A stretch of 64,000 nucleotides of DNA from an uncultured archaeon (GTDB lineage: Archaea; Nanobdellota; Nanobdellia; Pacearchaeales; GW2011-AR1), in the NCBI GenBank assembly GCA_903831045.1, contig CAIKWG010000003.1, forward strand, positions 415 through 64,414. The letters run 5' to 3'. Position 1 is the first letter of the stretch. Each line of letters begins with the position of its first letter. Below the pieces are notes generated by a model. The model saw only the letters and a program-made list of their open reading frames with translations, had not been told where the DNA came from and ran no database searches. Made by a program: the position numbers and the translations under genes. Of the stretch, positions 17,610 through 28,874 are shown piece by piece.

Positions 17610-17999
17610 TTAGGGAGAATAAATTCCTTCATCAAATCCATATTCAAATTTTGCTATTAATCTTCTTGCTTCTAAAATTTCTTCTTCATTATTAGAAACT
17701 TGTAATGTACTAGTAGCTTTATCCACATGTTTGAAAATATTATTAATCTCTTCTTGAAATGCAAATTCTAGTTCTAATTCATAAGCAGTTAATAGGTTAT
17801 GAGCTTTGCTCATTTCAATATGCTCTATATTTCCCATTTTCAAACTTGAGCTTTTTGCGAATTTTTCTAACTGAGATTCAGAATATATTCTTCCAGAAGG
17901 TAATTGAATATAACTTGATAAATTTTCTAAAATACGTTTGTATCCTTTATTTTCACATTCTTCAATGTATGCTCTAATTTCTTGAATATTCTCTATCAT
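17610..17999 (-). CDS. Hypothetical protein (helical)
   Basis: 129-aa ORF. No family recognised. Confidence 0.4.
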   Translation of the reverse strand: MIENIQEIRAYIEECENKGYKRILENLSSYIQLPSGRIYSESQLEKFAKSSSLKMGNIEHIEMSKAHNLLTAYELELEFAFQEEINNIFKHVDKATSTLQVSNNEEEILEARRLIAKFEYGFDEGIYSP

Positions 18000-18030
18000 C
18001 TTTTAATTAAAACTAATAATATTTTGAAAA

Positions 18031-18849
18031 TTAATTTTCAAAATATCTTTTTATTTCATCATAGCCTCTTTTAATCATAGGCTTATAATCATCGAAAGAA
18101 ACCTTTGAGAATTTAGATAAGTTTGGTTCAATCAGAATTAAATTTTTTATATATTGAGCTTTTGCATTGGTTTGGTTTTCTATGAGATAATGAATTGTTG
18201 ATCTAACAACTTTTAAATTTCCTTCAAGTAGTGAAAATAAACTTTGTTGTTCTTGATTATATTCATGTGTCTTCTTATGATTGATAACGTTGCAAGCAAC
18301 CTTGATATTGTTCTCTTGGGCGTATTCTACTGGAAGATTTGAGAATACTCCACCATCAATGTAATATATACCTCTTATTTTCTTTGGTTTAAACAATCCT
18401 GGAACTGAAATAGAAGCCATTACAGCTTCATAGATGTAAACGTTATCTACCTTAGTAAATAGTTTTCCAAGACCTGTTTTAACATTTGTAGCCATAATTT
18501 TCAAATCGATTTGTGTGTCTTTCATTTTTCTGTTTTCAAATAACTTTTTCATAAAGCTTTTTAGGTGATCATAATCCTTTTTATTTTCTCCAAGACTTAT
18601 TTTCATTTGATAAAATCCCTTAATTTTAACCTTGCTTGTTAACTCTTCAATTTCTTTAGAATTTTTACCGATTGCATAAAGCCCAGAAACAATGGCTCCC
18701 ATGGAAGCTCCCAGAACTTCAACTGGTTTAATATTTTTTTCTTCAAGGTATTTAATAATTCCAATGTGAGAAATTCCATAGGCTGCACCTCCAGATAAAA
18801 CAAGTGATACTTTTTTACCTCTTATTTGTCCTAAACTAAACTTTTTCAT
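18031..18849 (-). CDS. Patatin-like phospholipase
   Basis: Oxyanion GGAAYG, nucleophile elbow GASMGA (GxSxG) and the catalytic Asp motif YIDGGVFSN are all present. Confidence 0.8.
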   Translation of the reverse strand: MKKFSLGQIRGKKVSLVLSGGAAYGISHIGIIKYLEEKNIKPVEVLGASMGAIVSGLYAIGKNSKEIEELTSKVKIKGFYQMKISLGENKKDYDHLKSFMKKLFENRKMKDTQIDLKIMATNVKTGLGKLFTKVDNVYIYEAVMASISVPGLFKPKKIRGIYYIDGGVFSNLPVEYAQENNIKVACNVINHKKTHEYNQEQQSLFSLLEGNLKVVRSTIHYLIENQTNAKAQYIKNLILIEPNLSKFSKVSFDDYKPMIKRGYDEIKRYFEN

Positions 18850-18928
18850 TTTCCTCTTCTACTTTTAATTCTACTCTATTACTTAAAAATATATGCCTTA
18901 GAATTAGTAATTTTTTAGTAGAGAGATT

Positions 18929-19246
18929 TTATTGATTATGCTTAAGATAATGATTAGCAGAAAAATATTCTCCTACCAAAAACGGACTAAAATACCAATG
19001 ATTCTTAATATCTTTTTTTAATCTATTAGCTTCATCAACTTTTCTTTCGATTGTAGGCATATCTTTAATTTTGTGGGAAGTTTCATGTGCTCCATAAATA
19101 TTAGTAAAGAGAAGAGAAAAACCTATAACTGTTGTTCCAAATACTTTTAGAAATAATTTAGGATCAAATGGAAATTCTGGGAAGTTTGAATCATCTCTAT
19201 GATAAGAATTAAATAAAGGATTAAATGGTGGTGGGATAATTATCAT
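18929..19246 (-). CDS. Small membrane protein with an HExxH-like motif (start taken at MIIIPPPF)
   Basis: One TM (VFGTTVIGFSLLFTNIYGA) directly followed by HETSH. 1-nt junction with the upstream ORF. Confidence 0.4.
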   Translation of the reverse strand: MIIIPPPFNPLFNSYHRDDSNFPEFPFDPKLFLKVFGTTVIGFSLLFTNIYGAHETSHKIKDMPTIERKVDEANRLKKDIKNHWYFSPFLVGEYFSANHYLKHNQ

Positions 19247-19247
19247 T

Positions 19248-19598
19248 TTACAAATAAACAATTCCACTTTTAGTCAATGCAACAAATCTAACGCCCATTG
19301 GCAAATTAATCAATGCAGAAACCAATGCCATGTGCTCTTTTCCATCACCAGATGCAAGAGAAAGTGCAACTTCCATTCCTTCAAATTTACCTTTGAGCTT
19401 TGCTGATAATTCGTCTCGCAAATCAATTAATTTTTTATCCAAATCTACTTTAATAAACTCAAATGGTTTTTCAGAAGTAAAGGTTTTTGCAAAATCATCA
19501 CCGATAATAAAAACCTTATCCCACTCAGAATGTTTCATTAAACCCGAAACCTGAGCCCAGGTTCCTTCTCCTTTTGAAAGCAGTGCAACTAATTCCAT
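19248..19598 (-). CDS. Hypothetical small alpha/beta (Rossmann-like) protein (start taken at MELVALL)
   Basis: Alternating beta/alpha pattern. LSLASGDGKEHMALVSALI loosely recalls CARF-type ligand-binding loops. This is weak, motif-level evidence only. Confidence 0.4.
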   Translation of the reverse strand: MELVALLSKGEGTWAQVSGLMKHSEWDKVFIIGDDFAKTFTSEKPFEFIKVDLDKKLIDLRDELSAKLKGKFEGMEVALSLASGDGKEHMALVSALINLPMGVRFVALTKSGIVYL

Positions 19599-19599
19599 T

Positions 19600-19932
19600 T
19601 TATAATAATCTGTCTCCCCCATTTCCTCTTAATATGCTAGAACCATAATTACCCGAGCTTGAAAAATAATTCTGTACATGAGCATAATAAATCTCTCTTT
19701 CTCTTAGACTTTTTTTTGCTTCTTCTTCACTAATCTCTTTAATTTTATAACCTTTTTTTACCGAATATTCTCCATTTTCATTTTGAGCAAATTCGATGTT
19801 CTTAATTTCTTCCTGAGTTGAGGTTATACTTTCTAATTTTCCTTCTTTAAGTCTGAGAATATTAATTGGAGTTAAAATGAAAGAAGGTTTAGCATTTAAT
19901 TCGGTTAATTTGAAATAAATCTCTTTTTCCAT
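19600..19932 (-). CDS. Hypothetical protein
   Basis: 110-aa ORF, first gene of a three-gene unit joined by 1-nt junctions. Confidence 0.4.
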   Translation of the reverse strand: MEKEIYFKLTELNAKPSFILTPINILRLKEGKLESITSTQEEIKNIEFAQNENGEYSVKKGYKIKEISEEEAKKSLREREIYYAHVQNYFSSSGNYGSSILRGNGGDRLL

Positions 19933-19994
19933 AATCTTGAATAATTATTTCTGTTTATAAGTATTATTGTAGTCTTTTATAATTTGAGGCATAC

Positions 19995-20270
19995 TCATTT
20001 TTTATTTTCTTTATTTTTGTAAAAGCATTTATAGAAAGTGAGATCACTATATCTATCCTTATACCAATTTAAATAAGTTTTCTCATCAATTCCTTCTAAA
20101 AATTTTTCCATTTCTTCTTTAAATTTAAGAGGATTATTCATTTTAATATCAAGATACTTATTTAATGGACTTTGATTCATCCCATTTAAATTACATTCCC
20201 CTAGATGAGGACATGGCTTATAATCTCCAATTCCATCCATGCCAAACATGCAAGTATATTGTTTTTCCAT
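19995..20270 (-). CDS. Hypothetical Cys-containing protein
   Basis: 91-aa ORF. No family recognised. Confidence 0.35.
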   Translation of the reverse strand: MEKQYTCMFGMDGIGDYKPCPHLGECNLNGMNQSPLNKYLDIKMNNPLKFKEEMEKFLEGIDEKTYLNWYKDRYSDLTFYKCFYKNKENKK

Positions 20271-20363
20271 AATCTTTTTTTCTTTTCAAATATATTTAAA
20301 CTTTTAGGTAATAGAGTTATCACTATCCTTAAATCAAATTAACATTTTAGAAAAATGAAAACA

Positions 20364-20382
20364 GATAAAAGTAGTAGAGAGG
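20364..20382 (-). other. 3' half of the 23S pre-rRNA processing helix (perfect 19-nt complement of 23230..23248)
   Basis: Plus-strand gataaaagtagtagagagg here equals the reverse complement of cctctctactacttttatc at 23230..23248. Confidence 0.7.
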
Positions 20383-20404
20383 ATTCCTGATTTACTAAAA
20401 AAAC

Positions 20405-23215
<2,811 letters not shown>

Positions 23216-23229
23216 CCTAGTAAGGAAAA

Positions 23230-23248
23230 CCTCTCTACTACTTTTATC
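23230..23248 (-). other. 5' half of the 23S pre-rRNA processing helix
   Basis: Perfect 19-nt inverted repeat with 20364..20382. Followed by a small hairpin GTTTTCC-TTACTA-GGAAAAC. Confidence 0.7.
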
Positions 23249-23383
23249 ACTGAACATTAAGAATACCAGGATGCTCCCTAGTATTCAAATGAATATGTTC
23301 TCAAATAGATCCCGAAAACTTTTCGGAACCTGTTTTTCACATCTGAAAATTTTCAGATTTTTTTGTGAATATGATAGTGATGT

Positions 23384-23629
23384 TTAATATTCGATGATTT
23401 CTACTTTCTTATCGAGGTAATGTTCCATTCCGTGTTGAACTGTCTTTATATAATGTGAGTATGAATCTAAATAATCTGTTCCTTCTGATAAAATGTTCAT
23501 CCTTAATTTTCCTTTAATTTCATCTGAAATTTCAAATCTAATAACTTTGACTTTTTCATTTCCAATTTCATCTACTTCTAATCTTCCTTCTGATTTTCCG
23601 TCAATTATTATTTCTAAATTTTTTTTCAT
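23384..23629 (-). CDS. Hypothetical 81-aa protein encoded inside the 16S-23S spacer (between tRNA-Ala and 23S)
   Basis: Clean ATG-to-TAA ORF. Its AT-rich, Lys/Glu/Ile-rich composition matches the other CDSs and not the rRNA. A weak AGGA lies upstream. Confidence 0.5.
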   Translation of the reverse strand: MKKNLEIIIDGKSEGRLEVDEIGNEKVKVIRFEISDEIKGKLRMNILSEGTDYLDSYSHYIKTVQHGMEHYLDKKVEIIEY

Positions 23630-23665
23630 TTTGTTTTTCCTTTAATTTAATTAGAAAAAATTCAA

Positions 23666-23736
23666 TGGACCCGCCGAGAATCGAACTCGGATCTCATGCG
23701 TGCAAGGCAAGTGTTCTACCATTGGACTACGGGCCC
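23666..23736 (-). tRNA. tRNA-Ala (anticodon UGC) in the rRNA spacer
   Basis: Acceptor GGGCCCG/CGGGTCC including the G3:U70 Ala identity pair. Anticodon loop CTTGCAC. T-arm CCGAG-TTCGATT-CTCGG. Confidence 0.85.
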
Positions 23737-23841
23737 ATAACGCCTTCGAGCGTCCATAAAAAAAGCCCGTGGCCTTATATAATTTTTTCTAATAAGATGA
23801 GTATGTAGAAACAGAGTCATAACGAACATTGTAAAAATATT

Positions 23842-25289
23842 AGGAGGTGATCCATCTGCAGGTTCCCCTACAGATACCTTGTGACGACTTAACCTACCTC
23901 ATCATGCTAAGGTTCTCCTCATAAGAGTTTCACCATAGTATAACTCGGTTGGTTTGACGGGCAGTGTGTGCAAGAGACAGTGACATATTCACCGGACGTT
24001 GATAACATCCGATTACTACGAATTCCAGTGTCATGAAGCTGAGTTACAAGCTTCAATCTAGACTAAGATAGACTTTAAGAGATTGGCTTCACCTTTCGGT
24101 GTTGCATCCCATTGTATCTACCATTGACGCGCGCGTGTTGCCCAGGGGATTAGGGCTGTACTCACCTAACGTAGCCCGTACTTTCATCCTGGTTACCCAG
24201 GCAATCTGTATATTGTACACTTAGTAAATATACACACGGGTCTTGTCTGTTACCTGATTTAACAGGTCACCTCACGGCACAGACTGACGTCGGCCATGCA
24301 ACTCCGCTCAGCGTGTCAGGTAAGCCCTTTAGACTGACCTTCATCCTGCTGTCGCTCCTGGTGAGGTTCACGGTGTGGAATCTAATTGAACCGCACGCGT
24401 CACTCGTTGTAGTGTCTCCCCGCCAATTCCTTTAAGTTTCGGCCTTGCGACTATACTTCCCAGGTAGCACACTCTCCGGCTTCCCTTCAGCACCAATACC
24501 TCTCGAAGAGGTACTAATGTTTAGTGTGCAGTGTTTACTGCTAGGACTACACGGGTATCTAATCCGTTTTGCGCCCCTAGCCTTCATCCCTTACTGTCAG
24601 AACTGTTCTCGGAAGATGCCTTCGCTATTGTGAGTCCGTTTAAGATTAACGCATTTTACCGCTACTTTAAACGTACTTCTTCCGTCTACCAGTCTCTAGC
24701 TTGGTAGTACTTCCCGCGCGCCCTACATTTGAGATATAGGATTTCACAAGAAACTTATCAAGCAAGCTACGGATGTTTTAGACCCAATAAAAATGGCTGC
24801 GACTTGGACCGCGGGTATTACCGCGGCGGCTGGCACCCGTCTTACCCAGTCCTTATTCGCCAAACTTTTTACATTTGGCAAAAGCATTCCATATTGGAAC
24901 GCACTTTGACTCAAACTGTCACACTTTCGTGTATTGCAGATGATTCCTAACTGCTGCACCCCGTAGGGCTGGGAATAGTGTCTAAGATTCCCTCTCAGGG
25001 CCTCTCCGCTAAGAGCCCTTACGGATCATCGGCTTGGTGGGCTATTACCCCGCCAACAACCTAATCCGCCGCAGCCCCATCCTTAAGCGCGAGTTTGAGA
25101 GATAAGTCATTCCAGGGCATATCTCCTATCAAGCGTTAACCTCAGTTTCCCGAGGATATTCTTGACTTAAGGGCAGGTTAGCTACGTGTTACTGAGCAGT
25201 TCGCCTTCTCACTTTCGAAAAAGAAAGAAAAACTTGCATGTCTAAGCGCAAGTCAAAGAGCCGCAGCCGCCAGCAGGATCAACTGGAAT
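23842..25289 (-). rRNA. rrs: 16S ribosomal RNA (about 1.45 kb)
   Basis: The reverse complement starts ATTCCAGTTGATCCTGCTGG and ends GGGGAACCTGCAGATGGATCACCTCCT. It contains GTGCCAGCCGCCGCGGTAATACC. Confidence 0.95.
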
Positions 25290-25567
25290 TAAACAACTTC
25301 ATATTTCCGTCGATAAATCAACAGAATCCATTGCGCGATTTGTTTCATAAGATTACAAATCACTTCACACAATCTCCTACCATAGGCTGTATTTACAACA
25401 TTTTATATTATAACGCAGCTTATCACTAAAAATTATTATGAGAATTAATAAATTAATTTCAAGATGAGTTTTAGAATAAGCTAACTGCTTCTACATACAT
25501 CATACCTTAGACTGTTTTAAGTGTATTAAGGCACTCATCTTAATTAATAAATAACTCAAAAAGATTT

Positions 25568-25584
25568 AGTTTATAAATCTTTCG
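25568..25584 (-). promoter_or_regulatory. rRNA operon promoter candidate (CGAAAGATTTATAAACT)
   Basis: BRE/TATA-like motif about 280 nt upstream of the 16S 5' end. It matches the motif upstream of the S-layer gene and sepF. Confidence 0.45.
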
Positions 25585-25669
25585 TTGATGTTTTGCTTTT
25601 TTGTCGTCAGAAAAATAATAAATGCAAAAAAACAAGAAATTTTAAAAATCCCCCACACTTTTATCCTCT

Positions 25670-25903
25670 ATGACAGACGCAAATTATATTCAACAGCGAA
25701 TGAATGAGATACAACAGGACCAGAGTTTCTCGTCGGTATTGGGTCAAATTCTTTCAGGAAAAGCAGGTTACAAACCTGTTATTGAAATGAAAAAGATTCC
25801 CATCAAGTGCAAACAATGTGGACTCATACTCGAAGAACATATGAAATTCTGTTGGGAATGTGGAACAAAGATTGAGAAACCCGAGAAAGCAAATCAGCCA
25901 TAA
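25670..25903 (+). CDS. Zinc-ribbon protein, unknown function
   Basis: C-terminal CKQC...CWEC motif. 77 aa. Confidence 0.45.
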   Translation: MTDANYIQQRMNEIQQDQSFSSVLGQILSGKAGYKPVIEMKKIPIKCKQCGLILEEHMKFCWECGTKIEKPEKANQP

Positions 25904-26349
25904 ACTCTTTTTCTAGTTTCATCAAGAGATAATTTTTTAGGATAATCTAATTTCATAACATTCTTAACATTTCCCTCAACATCAATTTCCCAAATTGGAT
26001 AGCCTTTAGAAAAGATAGCTTCAGCCTCTCCAAAAACTCCAAGCCCCCACATTCCATCTTCAAAAGGTAGAAATATTCCTGCATTCATTTTAGGAAGAAC
26101 AATATCAAAATAATATTTCATTCCGTTTCCAAGTTCTTCTTTCCAAATTTTATAATTCTCTTGATGATGAAGTTGATTTGGATTTTCTAGATAATATTCT
26201 GGAAATTCTTTTTTAATTATTTCCGCAAGTTCTCTTTCCTTATCGGTGTTGTAGAAATTAACAGGATGTCCAAAATAGATTGAAGGATATTTTATCAAAG
26301 ATTCAGTTAAAGCAATTCTCTCTTTTATTTTATCAGAATGTTGTTTCAT
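25894..26349 (-). CDS. Hypothetical protein, last gene of the paralog-array operon; possibly nucleoside 2-deoxyribosyltransferase-like fold
   Basis: 151 aa with a 1-nt junction to the array. IYFGHPV...NAGIFLPFEDGMWGLGVFGEAEAIFSKGYPIWEI loosely resembles NDT/DUF4406-type Rossmann proteins. Low certainty. Confidence 0.45.
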   Translation of the reverse strand: MKQHSDKIKERIALTESLIKYPSIYFGHPVNFYNTDKERELAEIIKKEFPEYYLENPNQLHHQENYKIWKEELGNGMKYYFDIVLPKMNAGIFLPFEDGMWGLGVFGEAEAIFSKGYPIWEIDVEGNVKNVMKLDYPKKLSLDETRKRVYG

Positions 26350-26350
26350 T

Positions 26351-26650
26351 TTATTTTTTTAAGTAGGCTGTAACAGTTATTAGTTCTTTACTGTTATCCC
26401 ATCCTCCTCTTAAAGGCATTCCATATTGTCTATAAGAAACCCTTTCATGGGCTTCAGCTACAAATAAATAATCTACTCCTAAAGATTCCATCTTGTTTGC
26501 ATGGATTTCAATTCCTAATTCGTCAATTGTTTCTGTTCCAAAATGAATTAAATCTCTAGGGTTAACTTCAATTTCTGTGGGAATAATTTTATCTTCTACT
26601 ACTTTTGCTTCAAGAAAACTTTTTTTATCTCTAACTAAATATTTTATCAT
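26351..26650 (-). CDS. Array paralog 5 of an unrecognised ~100-aa family
   Basis: Shares MIKYLVR..FLEA, DLIHFGTE, GVDYLF and TAYLKK with its four neighbours. Confidence 0.7.
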   Translation of the reverse strand: MIKYLVRDKKSFLEAKVVEDKIIPTEIEVNPRDLIHFGTETIDELGIEIHANKMESLGVDYLFVAEAHERVSYRQYGMPLRGGWDNSKELITVTAYLKK

Positions 26651-26651
26651 T

Positions 26652-26966
26652 TTATTTTTTTAGATATTCACTCTTATGTTTCTTTTTTAGATAAGCTGTT
26701 ATGTCCCTGATTGTTTCTGAACGTGTTCCACATGGTCCAACTGAATAAATTATTTTTTCATGTTCTCCGGAAAAGAATAGATAGTCTATCCCTTTTTCTT
26801 CCATTTCTTTTGCATACTCTTCAAGATTATTATCATTAACCAAATCAGTTCCAAAATGGACTAACTCTTGAGGATTAATTTCCACTTTTGTTGGATGCAT
26901 GAGACATGCAAAATATTCACATTCCAAAAAATTTCCTTTTTCTCCTCGTACTAAATATTTTATCAT
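26652..26966 (-). CDS. Array paralog 4
   Basis: MIKYLVRGEKGNFLE..ELVHFGTD..GIDYLF..ITAYLKK, plus a short KHKSEYLKK tail. Confidence 0.7.
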   Translation of the reverse strand: MIKYLVRGEKGNFLECEYFACLMHPTKVEINPQELVHFGTDLVNDNNLEEYAKEMEEKGIDYLFFSGEHEKIIYSVGPCGTRSETIRDITAYLKKKHKSEYLKK

Positions 26967-26967
26967 T

Positions 26968-27300
26968 TTATTTTTTTAAGTAAGAAGTTACTCCTCTTAT
27001 GCTTTCTGATTGTAAAAAATCTTTAGGAACACTATATTCTGGATCATTGCATTTTTCTACTTTATGTTCAAAACTTCTAGAATATTCAGAAAGAAGAATA
27101 TAATCCACTCCCTGGGTTTTCATATTCTCTGAGTAAGCATATAAATCCCAACCATTGGTAATAATATCAGAACCAAAATGAACTAAATCTCTCGGATTAA
27201 CTTCAATTTTTGTAGGACTTATTATTACTCTTTCAGCACTATTTTCTACTATAGCCTCCAAAAAATTTCCCTTTTCTCCTCTAACTAAATATTTTATCAT
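26968..27300 (-). CDS. Array paralog 3
   Basis: MIKYLVRGEKGNFLEA..DLVHFGSD..GVDYIL..VTSYLKK. Confidence 0.7.
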   Translation of the reverse strand: MIKYLVRGEKGNFLEAIVENSAERVIISPTKIEVNPRDLVHFGSDIITNGWDLYAYSENMKTQGVDYILLSEYSRSFEHKVEKCNDPEYSVPKDFLQSESIRGVTSYLKK

Positions 27301-27301
27301 T

Positions 27302-27604
27302 TTATTTTTTTAAGTAGGCTGTTACCGCTCTAAGCTCTTTACTAGATATCCAGCTTCCTTCAACAAATCCTAATTGTTTATATGAAACCTTTTCATGAAT
27401 AGGAGAAAGAAATAGATAATCTACTCCTAAATTTTCCATTTTTGTAGCATATGCTTTTATATCTGAATCCTTTATTACTTCTGTCCCAAAATGTAGTAAA
27501 TCTTGTAGACTAACTTCATTTCCTGTAGGTACAAATTTAGGTCCATTTTCAAGGTTAGCTTCTAAAAAGTTTTTTTTATTTCCACGTATTAAATATTTTA
27601 TCAT
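27302..27604 (-). CDS. Array paralog 2
   Basis: MIKYLIRGNKKNFLEA..DLLHFGTE..GVDYLF..VTAYLKK. Confidence 0.7.
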   Translation of the reverse strand: MIKYLIRGNKKNFLEANLENGPKFVPTGNEVSLQDLLHFGTEVIKDSDIKAYATKMENLGVDYLFLSPIHEKVSYKQLGFVEGSWISSKELRAVTAYLKK

Positions 27605-27605
27605 T

Positions 27606-27929
27606 TTAATAAAAATTCTTCTGAATGTAAGAAGTTACCGCTACCATAGTTTTAGAAGTGAGTGATGAACCATTGTAAACCTTATGTTGCATATTGTTTA
27701 CTAACTCTTCATTTGGAGAAACAAATAGATAATCTACTCCTTCTTTCTCCATTTTTTCTGAGTATTTTTTTAAATCAGAACTATTAATTATGTCCGTTCC
27801 AAAATGGAATAAATCTCCAGTTTGAAAACAACATTTATTCTCCAGAGGAATAAACTTATTCTCTTCTAATTTAGCTTCCAAAAAAGCTCCTTTTCCAAAT
27901 CCATTTTTACTTCTAACTAAATACTTCAT
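27606..27929 (-). CDS. Array paralog 1 (most divergent)
   Basis: MKYLVRS..AFLEA..DLFHFGTD..GVDYLF..VTSYIQK. Confidence 0.7.
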   Translation of the reverse strand: MKYLVRSKNGFGKGAFLEAKLEENKFIPLENKCCFQTGDLFHFGTDIINSSDLKKYSEKMEKEGVDYLFVSPNEELVNNMQHKVYNGSSLTSKTMVAVTSYIQKNFY

Positions 27930-27981
27930 AATTTCATTTAATCCAGAACCTTTTTAAGCATTTATGTAAGAAAAAATATAT

Positions 27982-28791
27982 TTAGTAATCTTCTGAATCT
28001 TCTTCGCCAGAAGTCCACCAATCTAGTTCAGGGATGTCTGCTTCTATTCCTCTATTCTTGCAATAGCCCTTAGCTAAAAGATAATAAATTAATCCAATAC
28101 TCTTTGGACTTTTATTGTTTCCAATTATAATTTGATCAACGCCGTGTGCAAAGTTATTTGTTCCACAAATCATTAGAACTTTTTTCTTTACATCTAGAGT
28201 ATCTTTCAAAGCATTTTTTTCAAGCCAATGGTCTGTAATAATTGTTAATTCATGTTCAAAGAAATTTTCTAAGTTAGTATTTGTTAAAATTCCTGCAGGA
28301 TATTTCTTTGTGAAAACTCTAATTCCAGTTAATTCGCTGAACTTCTTTGCAACATTCCAAGCAGATTGTCTTCTACAAACTAAAATAACATCTTCAGGTG
28401 CAAATTTAGAAAGATATGCAATTCCTTCTTTTAATTTTTCATCAATTAAATCTGTATTAAAAATTGCTAATCCATCCGCTCTTCTTCTATAAACAAAAGG
28501 TTTCATATCTGGAGTCACAACTCGTGTTCCAAGATAAATTCCTGTCTTAACATAATCATCAAGAGGTACAAGCATATCTGCTTTCTTCTTTGCTTTAATT
28601 TCTTCCTTAAGAGCTTCAGTGTCAACTCCACCTTCAACTTTTTCCTTTAATTTTTCAAGTTTTTCTTGAATCTTTTTCTTTTTCTCTGTTTTTGTTGCTT
28701 CAAGAGATTCTGCCTCAGCAGCTTTTACTAATGCTTCGCCAGATAATTCTCCATCAGGAGTAGCTTTAATCTCTTCTTTCTTCTTTGCCAT
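27982..28791 (-). CDS. rps2: 30S ribosomal protein S2 (uS2) with a ~70-aa Lys/Glu-rich N-terminal extension
   Basis: Core LVPLDDYVKTGIYLGTRVVTPDMKPFVYRRRADGLAIFN... is canonical uS2. The start is taken at MAKKKEE (28791) because a TATA box lies about 26 nt upstream. Confidence 0.85.
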   Translation of the reverse strand: MAKKKEEIKATPDGELSGEALVKAAEAESLEATKTEKKKKIQEKLEKLKEKVEGGVDTEALKEEIKAKKKADMLVPLDDYVKTGIYLGTRVVTPDMKPFVYRRRADGLAIFNTDLIDEKLKEGIAYLSKFAPEDVILVCRRQSAWNVAKKFSELTGIRVFTKKYPAGILTNTNLENFFEHELTIITDHWLEKNALKDTLDVKKKVLMICGTNNFAHGVDQIIIGNNKSPKSIGLIYYLLAKGYCKNRGIEADIPELDWWTSGEEDSEDY

Positions 28792-28810
28792 ATTCATTAT
28801 CAATAAAATT

Positions 28811-28823
28811 AGTTTATAAAGAT
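28811..28823 (-). promoter_or_regulatory. TATA box (CTTTATAAACT) for rps2 and the downstream array
   Basis: Centred about 26 nt upstream of the ATG at 28791. This excludes the ORF-track start at 28836. Confidence 0.45.
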
Positions 28824-28874
28824 TGTGATGGACCAAACCAAAAGATTTATTTATTTCTCAATTAAGCTTAAATT

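Noticed and set aside
20271-20400. 5S rRNA downstream of 23S
   Set aside because: The region is AT-rich and has no 5S-like GC-rich helices.
23341-23365. Perfect 18-nt palindrome followed by T7 on the plus strand as a bacterial-style intrinsic terminator
   Set aside because: No plus-strand gene ends upstream of it, because it lies inside the minus-strand rRNA operon. Archaea do not require hairpins for termination. It is reported as a palindromic site of unknown role.
26340-27610. Repeated ~30-nt strings at regular ~300-nt intervals as a possible CRISPR-like array
   Set aside because: The repeats are the stop/start junctions of five paralogous protein-coding genes. The spacing equals gene length, and the 'spacers' are homologous ORFs.
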